Below are positions 9,641-20,120 of a stretch of DNA of 38,253 nt, in pieces. This DNA is from a virus: IMG/VR virus record IMGVR_UViG_3300025607_000001. One strand, 5' to 3'. Made by a program: the position numbers and the translations under genes. Numbering within the stretch: the stretch's first letter is position 1; each line of letters begins with the position of its first letter. The notes under the pieces were generated by a model. That model saw nothing but the letters and a program-made list of their open reading frames with translations. It did not search any database and had not been told where the DNA came from.

Positions 9641-9682
9641 CTAACCATTCATTTTAATGACTAACAAAACAAGAGCGACTTT

Positions 9683-10060
9683 ATGATCGAGCTAACCGTG
9701 AGCCTGTGGTTAAGACAGCTTGCCGCTATGGTGGCTGTAGTGCCCAATATTTACGCCATGACTTTGCCCAAAACAGATATTTACCCTGTGTTAAAAGTAT
9801 CACGGTTAAATACTGAATTTGACCAAACCTTTGACGGCCTAAGCGGTGAAGAAACCGCCATTATACAAGTTGATTATTGGGCTAACACCACCGACGAAAT
9901 AACAGCCATTAAAAAAGAGCTCACCACGTTTTTTAATACCTTGTCAGTTAATCAAGACAAGGTATTAAGCGTGCATAATTTGCGCGAACAGCCCAGCTTT
10001 GAACCGAAAGAAAACGTTTTTAAACAAACCCTCGAACTAACTATAATTTATAAGGAATAA
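9683..10060 (+). CDS. Tail completion / terminator protein
   Basis: Called from size and its position directly upstream of the major tail gene. No strong motif. Confidence 0.45.
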   Translation: MIELTVSLWLRQLAAMVAVVPNIYAMTLPKTDIYPVLKVSRLNTEFDQTFDGLSGEETAIIQVDYWANTTDEITAIKKELTTFFNTLSVNQDKVLSVHNLREQPSFEPKENVFKQTLELTIIYKE

Positions 10061-10064
10061 AGAC

Positions 10065-10481
10065 ATGATAGGCGATAAAACTAAATTACTACGCGGTGAC
10101 GGTGCCGATCCTGAAGTATTCACCGAAGTAGCCAGTATTGTTGATTTTGGCGATTTAACTATCAGCCGCGCTATGAACTCAAGCCCGCCAACGTTTGACA
10201 GTCCTGACGGTTACGAAACGGTAACGCCAGGTGCTAAAAAAGTAGAGCCGCTAGAGATAAAAGTTAAGTATAAAAAAGATGAAGATGTTGCCGCGCAAGT
10301 CAAAGCTGATTTTGAAAGTGACAAGCCAACAAATTATCAAATTCATTGGCCTGACACCCCGCCAACCAAAAAACAAATGTCAGCGTTTGTTAACCAAATT
10401 GTTATGGCTACCCCTCAAAATGAAGACGTAACCGAAACCTTTACTTTCACGCCTACGGGCAAAGTTATAGACGTTGTATAA
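10065..10481 (+). CDS. Major tail (tube) protein
   Basis: 138 aa, RBS TAAGGA. It sits immediately before the chaperone pair and tape measure. Confidence 0.6.
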   Translation: MIGDKTKLLRGDGADPEVFTEVASIVDFGDLTISRAMNSSPPTFDSPDGYETVTPGAKKVEPLEIKVKYKKDEDVAAQVKADFESDKPTNYQIHWPDTPPTKKQMSAFVNQIVMATPQNEDVTETFTFTPTGKVIDVV

Positions 10482-10489
10482 GGATAATT

Positions 10490-10912
10490 ATGGCAGATAA
10501 ACAATTAAATACTGCGCAAGCCTTACTTGCGCATATTGGCCTTAAAACTAAGGATTTTCCGATTTTTGGCGCAATGATTTTAGTAAAGCAATGGACAGCA
10601 AGCGAGCGCCTTAAATACATGGGCTTTATTAGTAATACTGAGGTTGATCTCGATGATGAAATTTCGATAGTACGACCGCAAGCCAATATTTTTGCCTTGT
10701 CGTTAGTCAATAAAAATGGCGAGCCGTTATTTAAGGCTAAATGGCAAGATAACCAACCCGTTTTTGATGATCCTAAAGCAATTGAAACCTTTTTACAAAA
10801 TCGCACCGCCGAAACCTCAGCGGCGTTTATTGCCATAGCAAAGTTTAACGGCATTTACTTTGGTGATCCCGAAGACGAGAAAGACAAAGAGGATACAGCA
10901 GTAAAAAACTAA
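10490..10912 (+). CDS. Tail assembly chaperone, short form (gpG-like)
   Basis: Lies between the major tail gene and the tape measure. It ends with the slippery heptamer A_AAA_AAC followed by TAA. Confidence 0.75.
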   Translation: MADKQLNTAQALLAHIGLKTKDFPIFGAMILVKQWTASERLKYMGFISNTEVDLDDEISIVRPQANIFALSLVNKNGEPLFKAKWQDNQPVFDDPKAIETFLQNRTAETSAAFIAIAKFNGIYFGDPEDEKDKEDTAVKN

Positions 10913-11214
10913 AAGCGCAGCCCGAGCGATTGTTTGCAATGCACCTCGCTTTGGCTGCGGGAAACTTAAACGTTAATGAAGTGCTCGATAATATGTCGAG
11001 TGAACAATTCAGTGAGTGGCAAGCGTTTGCCCGCATTTACCCCTTTGGCCCAAGTGCTGAAACAGAACGTTTTGCCATTCAACAAGCAAACACACTCAAC
11101 GCCCCGCATTTTTCCACTAAAAAAGTGCGTTTAGCCACTGAGTTTATACCCACCTTTAAACCGAAAAAGAAAACCGTAAAACAACAAATAGCCATGTTTA
11201 ATCGCTTGGGCTAA
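10490..11214 (+). CDS. Tail assembly chaperone, long form (gpGT-like fusion by -1 frameshift at 10903..10909)
   Basis: The downstream ORF has only a TTG start and no RBS. It is in the -1 frame and contiguous with the slippery site. This is the conserved G/GT arrangement upstream of the tape measure. Confidence 0.65.
10903..10909 (+). promoter_or_regulatory. -1 programmed ribosomal frameshift site A_AAA_AAC
   Basis: The zero frame reads GTA AAA AAC TAA. The -1 frame from 10909 (CTA AAA GCG CAG CCC GAG CGA TTG...) has no stop and runs into track ORF 10930..11214. Confidence 0.7.
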
Positions 11215-11247
11215 ATCTTGCCACCTCTACTTTATAAGTGAAAAACC

Positions 11248-13086
11248 ATGTCGGTATTATCAACACTCGTTATTGATTTAAAAGGTAACAGCGCGCACTT
11301 TCAAAAAGAGTTAAAAAAAGCTAACGCTAAATCTAAATCTTTTGCTAAAAAAGTGCGGGCCAATTCTCAAGCGGTGGTTAAATCACTGGGCGCAATTGGC
11401 ACAGTGGGAGCCGTAGCTTTGGGGGCTATTTATCAACAAAGCGCGGCTAATATTGACGCACTGGCCAAACAAGCTGACAAACTGGGCGTAACTACTCAAG
11501 CGTTAGCAGGGTTACAACATGCGGCAGACTTAACCGGCGTTTCAAGTAAAGCACTTAACAAAGGCTTGCTTGATATGACGGTCAAAGTGCAAGACGCGGC
11601 CAAAGGTACGGGCGAGGCCAAAGACGCATTAAAAGAGCTTGGTTTAAATGCGCAAGTACTCGCTAAAATGTCACCCGATCAGCAATTTAAAAAAATAGCC
11701 GAAGCGATGAAAAGCGTTGAACACCACGGCAACAAAGTGGCCATTGCTTATGATTTATTTGGCGCTAAAGGTACTGATTTAATCAATACCTTGGCCTTGG
11801 GTGAAGCGGGTTTGAATCAAACAGCCAAAGAGGCTGAATTATTAGGGCTTTCGCTTAATCGTGTTGATGCGGCAAAGGTTGAAGCGGCCACCGATGCTAT
11901 GACCAAAAGCGCGGGAGTAGTTAAGGGCTTAGGTAATGCCATTACTGTTACCTTAGCGCCTTATGTTAAAGCGGTTTCAGACGAGTTTTACAATGCCGCC
12001 CTTGAAGCGGGTGGCTTTGGTGAATTCACCACCACAGCAATGAAAGCGGTGGTACAAGCTGTGGGTTATACCGCTAATGTTATTCATGGCCTAAAAGCCG
12101 TGTGGCAAGTAGTAAAGCTTGCCTCGGCTGCTGCTATCACGGGTATTTTAGAGGGCTTAACGTGGTTAGATTCTGGCTTAACCAGCTTTTTAAACTCATT
12201 GCCAGGTGTTGAAGCAAAAGCCAGTAGTTTTTTATCGGGCATGGCCGGTGCTATGCGCGCAGAAATGAACAACATACAGGATGATTTAACCGCCTTTGCC
12301 ATGAAGCCTTTACCCCATGACGGCATTGTAAAATGGGCAGAAGAAGCTAAGCGAAAATCAATAGAAGCGGCTGAAATAGTGGCCGCTGCTGCCGCACAAA
12401 GTGGTGGTTACTCGGAAGAACAAGCGGGCATAGGCCAAGCAAGTGAAGACGGAACCAGCACCGATGAAGAAAAAGACACCCAAAACAAAAAGCTTACCGC
12501 CAAGCAAGGTGACGAACAGAAAAAAGTAAAAAGTCATGAAGAAAAAATCCTCGACATAAAAACCAAAAACAGCAAAAAGTTTGCCGCTATTCAAGACGCT
12601 ATTCGCATTAAAAATCTTATTAGAGAAAAAGCCTCACAACTTAAAATCGCCATTGGTGAGGGTTATGTTGCTATTCAAAAAGCATGGGCTAGTGCGCCGT
12701 TCCCTTACAACTTGCCAGCCGTAGCAATGGCAACAGGCTCAACGGCCATGAATGTCGCGGGCATTGCGGGCCTTGAAAATGGCGGTAATGTGGGTAATCG
12801 CTCAATTGTTGAAGTGGGTGAAAAAAACAAACCTGAATTATTAGAATTTGGCGGTAAAAACTTTTTACTCGGTGGTAATGGTGGTGCCGTATTTAATCAA
12901 TCACAAATGCAATCTGTTAGTGGTAGCGGCGGTGGCGGTAGTGGTGGAAACATTAACATTGAATTAAACAACGTGTTTGAGGGTGATGTTTCAGAAGACA
13001 AAATGAGCGACTTTATCGCCCAAAATTACGAGGCAGTGTATAACGCCGTAGCCAATGCTAAATCAGATCGCGGGGAAGAGTTTTAA
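11248..13086 (+). CDS. Tape measure protein
   Basis: 612 aa, Ala/Gly-rich and helical, with a Gly-rich C-terminus (GSGGGGSGGN). Position is canonical. Confidence 0.88.
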   Translation: MSVLSTLVIDLKGNSAHFQKELKKANAKSKSFAKKVRANSQAVVKSLGAIGTVGAVALGAIYQQSAANIDALAKQADKLGVTTQALAGLQHAADLTGVSSKALNKGLLDMTVKVQDAAKGTGEAKDALKELGLNAQVLAKMSPDQQFKKIAEAMKSVEHHGNKVAIAYDLFGAKGTDLINTLALGEAGLNQTAKEAELLGLSLNRVDAAKVEAATDAMTKSAGVVKGLGNAITVTLAPYVKAVSDEFYNAALEAGGFGEFTTTAMKAVVQAVGYTANVIHGLKAVWQVVKLASAAAITGILEGLTWLDSGLTSFLNSLPGVEAKASSFLSGMAGAMRAEMNNIQDDLTAFAMKPLPHDGIVKWAEEAKRKSIEAAEIVAAAAAQSGGYSEEQAGIGQASEDGTSTDEEKDTQNKKLTAKQGDEQKKVKSHEEKILDIKTKNSKKFAAIQDAIRIKNLIREKASQLKIAIGEGYVAIQKAWASAPFPYNLPAVAMATGSTAMNVAGIAGLENGGNVGNRSIVEVGEKNKPELLEFGGKNFLLGGNGGAVFNQSQMQSVSGSGGGGSGGNINIELNNVFEGDVSEDKMSDFIAQNYEAVYNAVANAKSDRGEEF

Positions 13087-13646
13087 TGTTATTTCCAAAA
13101 AATATTGGTTTTTTACAAGTCGAACCGCTGAGTAATTCCCCTGCCTATATTAGCGAGTCAAAGTCATTGAAAACAGTGACCACAAGCACAGGCGCACAGC
13201 GTTGGGAATGGACATTAACAACAGACATTTTAAACGAGGTTAATTTTCGTCGCGGCTGGGCATTTTTAAACAGCTTAGCGGGTAAAACACACACCTTTGA
13301 CATTCAATTGCCGCTTTTCAGTGAGCCGCTAGGCGTGGTCAGTGGCTTGGTGCAATCAATGGCGAGTCATGGCATTGGTGAAAATGTTGTTAATTTTACT
13401 AATTATATTGCGGAAATTGGCGATTTTGTGCGTTTTGTTGGGCATAGCAAAACCTATCAAATTATTGATACGGCGGGCAGTTCAGCCACGCTATTTCCAC
13501 CACTGATAAAACCTGTTAGCAGTAGTGAAGTTGTACAAGTCAGTGACTTGTTATTTACCGCCAGGTTAAACAGTTCAATTTCAAAACTAAAAGTGCCCAG
13601 CACCAAAAAGGCCAAGTTAAAATTTAAAATTATCGAGGCTTTTTAA
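13086..13646 (+). CDS. Distal/minor tail protein
   Basis: First gene after the tape measure, with an ATG overlapping its stop. Called from gene order only. Confidence 0.5.
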   Translation: MLFPKNIGFLQVEPLSNSPAYISESKSLKTVTTSTGAQRWEWTLTTDILNEVNFRRGWAFLNSLAGKTHTFDIQLPLFSEPLGVVSGLVQSMASHGIGENVVNFTNYIAEIGDFVRFVGHSKTYQIIDTAGSSATLFPPLIKPVSSSEVVQVSDLLFTARLNSSISKLKVPSTKKAKLKFKIIEAF

Positions 13647-13647
13647 T

Positions 13648-14208
13648 ATGCGAACGCTGCACCCCGACACCTTAGCGGCTCTTAAAACTGACCATTTACG
13701 CGCTATTTTAATTAAGCTCGATTTCACCCCAACGCCTATTTATTTAAGTAATACCGCCTTTGATGTGGTGCATAACGGCAACACCTATTTAGGCAATGGC
13801 CAACTGCTTAAAATCGGCAAAATACACCAAGACATTGATATTAGAGTATCAACCGTTGAGCTAACCCTCGACGCGGTTGACTCGTCATTAGTGTCGTTGT
13901 TGCTTGGCTTGCCGCAACACGGGCGAAACGTTGAATTATCACTAGCTATTTTAAACAATAACTATTCGATTATTGGTGATGTTATGCCTATGTATTCCAT
14001 GATCATCGACGGTGCGCCCAGCATTATTGACGACCCCAGCAAAGGCAAAGCTATCATAAAACAAAAAATATCTAGTGAGTTTGCCAACTGGAAACAAAAA
14101 GGCGGCATAAGAACAACACCGGCTAGCTTGCAACGCTTTTCACCAAACGACACGGGCTTTGATTTTGCTGCTGAAAGTGGCCGCGAATATAAATGGGGGG
14201 CAAAGTAA
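13648..14208 (+). CDS. Minor tail / tail-tip protein
   Basis: Second gene after the tape measure. Its TAATG overlaps the next gene. Confidence 0.5.
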   Translation: MRTLHPDTLAALKTDHLRAILIKLDFTPTPIYLSNTAFDVVHNGNTYLGNGQLLKIGKIHQDIDIRVSTVELTLDAVDSSLVSLLLGLPQHGRNVELSLAILNNNYSIIGDVMPMYSMIIDGAPSIIDDPSKGKAIIKQKISSEFANWKQKGGIRTTPASLQRFSPNDTGFDFAAESGREYKWGAK

Positions 14209-17200
14209 TGGGTTGGTTATCAAAAAAATGGAAACAAATAAAAGGCTGGTTTACTCCAAGCGAGCCAAAACCACAGGGCGTAAATGTTGAAAAAAGCGGC
14301 ACTAATCAAGGCGTGCCCATTATTTATGGTTACATGAGTAAAGCCCCGTGTATTAAAGTATTTAAAGTCACTACCGATAAAGCCGGAGGCGCAAGTAACG
14401 AATACTTGCATTACATTTGTGTGTTTTGCGTGGGCGAAATTGAAGCAATAGGCAAACTGTATTTTAACGACATTCCTGAAAACCAAATAGACAACAAACG
14501 TTATTTTGTACAGCGCTTTAACGGCAGTGAAAGCCAAGCGTATTGCAGCGAGTTATCAGCTGAATTTAATCAATGGAAAGCCACCGCAACGTTAAAAAAT
14601 GTCGCTTATGCTTATGTGCGTTTAAAGCAAAACAGCGAGGTGGATTGGTGGAACGGCGAGCCAAGAATATCGGCTAACATTCAAGGCTTAAAAGTCTTTG
14701 ATCCGCGTAATGGACAAACCCAATATAGCGACAATATCGCCTTATGTGCCCTTGATTATTTAACTAACGACAATTACGGCAAAGGACTCACCGCCAACAA
14801 AATAAACAGTCAAAGCTTTGCCAATGCTGCTGACTTTATTGAAACCAGCAAAACATACACCCGTACTGTGTATAAAAACTGGTTTGACCCTGAATTAAAG
14901 GTATGGGAGAAAATAGTTACCGGCACAGTAGACGAAACCATTATTGAAAATTTAATGACCTGTAATGTCAGCTTGTCTCCTGAAAATACGCTCAAAAAAA
15001 ATGTTGAAATATTACTCGGCGGTATGCGGGCAATATTGCCAGAAACCAATGGAAAATACAGGCTAGGCATTGAAAAAGATGATGCACCCGTTTTTCCTTT
15101 TACTGAACATAACTTAATCGGGCCAATACAGTGCCAAGGCGGTAGCCAAAGTGATCGCTATAATCAGGTTATCATTAAATATCGCAATCAATTAACCGGC
15201 GAAGACGACGAGGCGGTTTTTCCTGATGATGATGCCTTGCACCAAACATGGAAAACCGAAGACAGCGGCAAACTATTATTAGGCGAGTTTGATTTTGATA
15301 CTATCAACAATAAAGCCGAAGCGCTGCAAATGGGCCATGTTATTGCGTATCGTAGCCGCCAACTGATCGGCGCATTGTTTACCGGTTTACCTGAAACTAT
15401 CGTTGTTGAAGCGGGTGACGTTGTCACCTTAGACAGCCAAATATTAGGCTGGAACGCTAAACCGTTTCGTGTTGAAAGTGTTGATATTGACCTAGAGTCA
15501 GGGCGCGTGAGCTTTCAAGGCGTAGAGCATCAAAATTCAATTTACCCGTGGGCCATTGGTGATGTAACCGAAGAGTATGCCGACACAAGTTTTGCACTGC
15601 CACAAAGCATACAAACACCAACAGGGTTAACATTGCTAAGTACCCCGAGTGATAGTGAATACAAGGGCGTGTTGTCGTGGGACGATCCGAACAATACCGC
15701 GGTAACTTCTCACAACATTACTATTTATTCAGTGGGTGACAATGCGGTTGTTCACGCAGAAAACAGCGCCTTTAATGCGGTTTTTATTCCGCTTTTAACG
15801 GTGGGTGATTATCGGGTTGAAGTGGTGGCAAAAAACAGCCTGTTTTTGTCTGACGCTGCTACCTTGTTATTTACGGCACAAATACCCAACGCGCCAATAT
15901 CACTTGGTCTGGTTGCCTCTACTTTTGAAGTAGGCGCAGCACCCACAGTAGGTATTGATAATCACTATGTTAATTTTGAGCTAATGTTCGGTACGGTTAA
16001 CAACCGGCTAAATGCGCAAAAGGTTGGTCGTGGTAGAACGTTTACCATTATTGATCGCACCCCTGAAACCACTTATTATTTTTGGGCTAAAACCGTGACA
16101 CCTTTTGGTGATTCGCCGTGGGTAGCGGGCAATATAACCACGGGTGATGGCACCGCCATTGTTGAACTCATTGAAACCTTATCTAATGAGGCCGTGGTTG
16201 AGTTAGAGCAAGATGTTGTATTGCTCAATTCTGATATGAAGAAAATATTAGAATCTCTAATTTGGAACACTACCCAACACCAAGAAAAAACCACTGAAAC
16301 GGCTTTTATCTCTGCTGATGTAAAACAAACCGCCACCGCACTAGCAACCGAAGCACAAGCAAGAGCAACCCAAGGCACAGCAATTGAAGCCATTATTAAC
16401 ACCGAAAAAGGCCGTACTAGTGCGCTTATCTCGCGTGTTGATCAAGCCACTTCTGATATTAACGGCAATGCCCAAGCGATTAGCTTTGTAGATGGTAAGG
16501 CTAGCAGCGCGTCAAGTACTGCCAGTTCAGCTTATTCATTGGCGCAACAAGCAAAATCTAGCGCTGACGGCTCAGCCAGTTCTATTACCGTAATTAGCAA
16601 CAAAGTTAATGATAGCAGTACAGGACTAACCGCTACCAACTCACTGGCACAATCGGCAAAAATAACCGCTGAGGGTAATGTTAGTGCGGTAACACAATTA
16701 CAAGCCAGCATTGATGACATTGTAGGATCGGGCACTGCCACCACTGCTGAATTGCAATTGGCCGTAGTGGGCAATAAAAACCAGATAGAAAGCGTGCAAG
16801 CACAAGCCTTTTTGTTTGCTGATGTAAACGGCCGAATATCAGGAGTAAAAGCAACCAGTACAGCCGCCCAAAGTAATCTTGATTTTATCGGTGGAAATGT
16901 ACGTTTTTTAAAACAAGACGGTTCAGTGGCTATTTATTTTAATACGGTTACGGGTGAATACGAATTTAACGGTGACGGTAATTTTAACGGCACAGTACGA
17001 GCCGATAAAATTATAGGCGAACAAGCCTCGGGTGCTGCTGTTTCGTTGTCATATATTGAGCTAAGCCAATCATATAAAACATTGGTTGGCTTTACCGTGT
17101 CTAGCTCGGGGTTTGACCGAGTGATTAATATTCCTAGCCCCTTTTTTATCTCTAACAATAGCAGTGATCCTGATTCAAAAATTGCTGTTCAGTTTTTAGC

Positions 17201-17417
17201 TAACGGCTCGAATATATACCTTGATTCGGCCGTCAGCGGCACCACTGAAAGCGGCTATTTTACCGCCCCGCCCCGTTTCTATAATTTGTTAGCTAATCGG
17301 TCGGTAACAATAACTATACATGCGAAGTTGATCGGCGGTAGCGGCAGTACAGCAATGTTTTCTCAAAACTACGCACCGACCGTTTTTAAAGCCAGTGACG
17401 AAATAACGTTTAACTAA
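14208..17417 (+). CDS. Host-specificity (gpJ-like) tail tip protein with FN3-like and Ser/Ala-rich fibrous regions
   Basis: Internal ATG 14208 (TAATG coupling). GVPIIYGYMSKAPCIKVFKV... resembles the conserved N-terminal block of J-like/Phage-tail_3 proteins. About 1070 aa. Confidence 0.78.
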   Translation: MGWLSKKWKQIKGWFTPSEPKPQGVNVEKSGTNQGVPIIYGYMSKAPCIKVFKVTTDKAGGASNEYLHYICVFCVGEIEAIGKLYFNDIPENQIDNKRYFVQRFNGSESQAYCSELSAEFNQWKATATLKNVAYAYVRLKQNSEVDWWNGEPRISANIQGLKVFDPRNGQTQYSDNIALCALDYLTNDNYGKGLTANKINSQSFANAADFIETSKTYTRTVYKNWFDPELKVWEKIVTGTVDETIIENLMTCNVSLSPENTLKKNVEILLGGMRAILPETNGKYRLGIEKDDAPVFPFTEHNLIGPIQCQGGSQSDRYNQVIIKYRNQLTGEDDEAVFPDDDALHQTWKTEDSGKLLLGEFDFDTINNKAEALQMGHVIAYRSRQLIGALFTGLPETIVVEAGDVVTLDSQILGWNAKPFRVESVDIDLESGRVSFQGVEHQNSIYPWAIGDVTEEYADTSFALPQSIQTPTGLTLLSTPSDSEYKGVLSWDDPNNTAVTSHNITIYSVGDNAVVHAENSAFNAVFIPLLTVGDYRVEVVAKNSLFLSDAATLLFTAQIPNAPISLGLVASTFEVGAAPTVGIDNHYVNFELMFGTVNNRLNAQKVGRGRTFTIIDRTPETTYYFWAKTVTPFGDSPWVAGNITTGDGTAIVELIETLSNEAVVELEQDVVLLNSDMKKILESLIWNTTQHQEKTTETAFISADVKQTATALATEAQARATQGTAIEAIINTEKGRTSALISRVDQATSDINGNAQAISFVDGKASSASSTASSAYSLAQQAKSSADGSASSITVISNKVNDSSTGLTATNSLAQSAKITAEGNVSAVTQLQASIDDIVGSGTATTAELQLAVVGNKNQIESVQAQAFLFADVNGRISGVKATSTAAQSNLDFIGGNVRFLKQDGSVAIYFNTVTGEYEFNGDGNFNGTVRADKIIGEQASGAAVSLSYIELSQSYKTLVGFTVSSSGFDRVINIPSPFFISNNSSDPDSKIAVQFLANGSNIYLDSAVSGTTESGYFTAPPRFYNLLANRSVTITIHAKLIGGSGSTAMFSQNYAPTVFKASDEITFN

Positions 17418-17444
17418 TTCAATCAACATTAAATAAGGGATGAA

Positions 17445-20120
17445 ATGACCCAACAAATAGATATTGCTGATTTAACGATCACCAAGGGCCAAGCCACCGT
17501 TACCGTTAACAGTAACGAAAGCCTGAAAGGTTATAAAGACGGCGACATTATTTTTACCACAGGCAACAAGCCTATTTTCGTAAAAATAATTACCGGGAAA
17601 ATTATTACCTTGCGTAGTAATGCCAGTTTTACGGCTAATAACGTAACTGCCGTTTTGATGGCTAATAACGTATCTTTACGCGAAGCGCTCACCACAATAC
17701 AAGAAAATAACAAAGCGTGGTCTGTGCACTTCTCGCCGTTTTTACATTGGATTTCAACCAATGAGCAAACCGCCGATTTAATTGATTCTAGCGGTAATGT
17801 TATCAATGTTTATTCTGCTCAAGGTATGAATGCTTTGGCGGTTAATATTGGCTCAGCGGTTAATGATGCGGCGCAATTACAACTTAATGTAAACACACTA
17901 ACCAGCACAGTGAGCAGTATTCAAAGCTCGCTTGACGCGTCGAAAAATGCAGCTAGAGCCAGTGAGGATAAGAGTAAAGCCAGTGAGAACGCAGCTAAAA
18001 CCAGTAAGGATCAAGCCGCCACCAGTGCCAGCGCTGCCGCTACCTCAAAGGCTGACGCGTTTAATAGTAAAAACTCAGCTAATACGGATAAATTAGCCGC
18101 CGCTAATAGTGCCAACGCTGCCAAAACAAGCGAAAACAATACCAGTGACAAGGTAACGTTAGCGAGTCAATACGCTAATCATCCCGAAGATGAATATATA
18201 CCAGGCACAACAGAATATTCTTCGAAGCATTGGAAACAAAAAGCTAAGGCTTTGGCCGGTGGTACTGCCCCCAACTCATTAGAGCTTGGTAATAAAACTG
18301 CCGCACAGTGGCAACAAGAGGTTGATGATGCGGGGGCATCGTTACCATTACCGTTAGTACACTTGTTTGCGCCTAATGAGATAGTAAAAACGCTTAGCGG
18401 AAAACTTACCAGTGCACGCCTCGGTCCCGCTACATATATTGATAGATACGGGAAATTGATTTATTCGCCTAGTCCAGTGGTCACTAACGGGGTTCCTTAC
18501 AGTGAAGATATAACAGATATATCTTGGGAAAAATTAGGCGTTACCGTTACAGGAAATGCAGGAACTGACCCTTTTGGCGGCATCAATGCAACGTTAATCA
18601 CTCCAACAGGGGGTGATTCTCTCCACTGTATTCGAGCATTTCAATTAAATTCTGTTTCTGCATCGACGACCCATTCTATTTTTGTAAAATACGCTGGTTA
18701 TAGCACTGTCGCTGTAGGTATTTATTCTGGTGGTCAGTCGAAAGAATGTAAGTTTGATTTTGATACTGGAGCTATTGACGTTGGGTCGGTTGGCGGTTCG
18801 ATGTCTGATATTGTTAGCGGAGGGGCCGAATACATATCAGAGGGGTGGTATCGTATATGGTTGAAAACAAACTTGCAGAGAACACAGATTATAATAGCTC
18901 CTAATTACACAGGAACATTTACGGGAGATACTGACAAAGGTGTGCTGGTTTTCGGTGTGGCAATTGAAAACGGTGTAACAGTGCCTAGCGGCTACCTTAA
19001 AACCACAGGCGCATCAAAGTCAGGTATTAGTTACCTTGGTATTGATACTTTGCGCATTAACGAAAAAGGTGCGCTGATCGAGGGTAGTAGCACCAACCTA
19101 TTCGCCGCTAACAGCATCAAGAGCTATACATTTTGGAATAAAGATGAAAACAACACGCTATTTTTTGATGATAGCGTACAAAATATTGACGGCACAATGG
19201 GGGCAATACGGGTAACTAACAACGATGTTAATACACGTCGAATTCACAATTCAAGAGCCAGCCCCTTAGCTTACGTTGCTAACACTAAAGTTACCGCGTC
19301 ATGTGTCGTTAGAAGCGGTAACGGTGGTGGTTTAAGAGTTCGCTTTTATGGCGATGGTGGATTATTTAAAGGTGATAAACTTTATAATATCGGTACGAAA
19401 ACACCCTCTGTATCATCGCCTAACGTCACTCTACTCAAGGTCGAGCCATTAGCTCATGGCTGGGACAGAGTGTCATTTTCCTTTGAGTCCGGCGTAAACA
19501 TTACAGATTTAGTGGCAGAGTTTTACACGTGGGACATTGGCAATATTACTGGTCAGACTATGTATATAGACTACATGCAGTTTGAAAATATTCCGTTTGC
19601 GTCAAGCATTATCATTAGTGGCGCATCCCCCGAAACAAGATCGGCTGACGATGTCAGTATACCTTGGCAGAATAATATAACGTTCGATAATTACACTATT
19701 ACAGCGGAAGTGACCTTACTTTCTAAAGATGAAGTCGTTTCAGGAACTAACGGAAGAAAGTATCTTTATAACATGAAGGGGTTTGCCATCCATGCTGCCT
19801 TTATTGATTCCGTAGGTACAAGGTTTTTCGCGTATGGCGCGGAAGGAACCACGGGGGCAGCATCTAACAGCGCTATTCCAAATACGCCTAACTTAAAAGT
19901 AGCTGTTGTTCGTGGAGCTAGCCCACAACAATTGCAAGTATACGCAGACGGCGAGGGAAGCGGAATAGACACTAGTTTTACGGAGAACGTTGTCTTGCCT
20001 CCCTCTACTAGTCGCTTTGAAATAGGTAGGCTATCTAGCGTGAGGTATCTATGGGGTTATATCAAAAACTTTAAAATATTCGATGTAGCATTAACAGCGG
20101 CGCAGGTGAAAAAATTATGA
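17445..20120 (+). CDS. Tail fibre with Ala/Ser-rich fibrous repeats and a LamG/concanavalin-like C-terminal domain
   Basis: SKASENAAKTSKDQAATSASAAATSKADAFNSKNSANT repeats. The C-terminal RYLWGYIKNFKIFDVALTAAQVKKL is typical of LamG-type domain ends. Confidence 0.75.
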   Translation: MTQQIDIADLTITKGQATVTVNSNESLKGYKDGDIIFTTGNKPIFVKIITGKIITLRSNASFTANNVTAVLMANNVSLREALTTIQENNKAWSVHFSPFLHWISTNEQTADLIDSSGNVINVYSAQGMNALAVNIGSAVNDAAQLQLNVNTLTSTVSSIQSSLDASKNAARASEDKSKASENAAKTSKDQAATSASAAATSKADAFNSKNSANTDKLAAANSANAAKTSENNTSDKVTLASQYANHPEDEYIPGTTEYSSKHWKQKAKALAGGTAPNSLELGNKTAAQWQQEVDDAGASLPLPLVHLFAPNEIVKTLSGKLTSARLGPATYIDRYGKLIYSPSPVVTNGVPYSEDITDISWEKLGVTVTGNAGTDPFGGINATLITPTGGDSLHCIRAFQLNSVSASTTHSIFVKYAGYSTVAVGIYSGGQSKECKFDFDTGAIDVGSVGGSMSDIVSGGAEYISEGWYRIWLKTNLQRTQIIIAPNYTGTFTGDTDKGVLVFGVAIENGVTVPSGYLKTTGASKSGISYLGIDTLRINEKGALIEGSSTNLFAANSIKSYTFWNKDENNTLFFDDSVQNIDGTMGAIRVTNNDVNTRRIHNSRASPLAYVANTKVTASCVVRSGNGGGLRVRFYGDGGLFKGDKLYNIGTKTPSVSSPNVTLLKVEPLAHGWDRVSFSFESGVNITDLVAEFYTWDIGNITGQTMYIDYMQFENIPFASSIIISGASPETRSADDVSIPWQNNITFDNYTITAEVTLLSKDEVVSGTNGRKYLYNMKGFAIHAAFIDSVGTRFFAYGAEGTTGAASNSAIPNTPNLKVAVVRGASPQQLQVYADGEGSGIDTSFTENVVLPPSTSRFEIGRLSSVRYLWGYIKNFKIFDVALTAAQVKKL

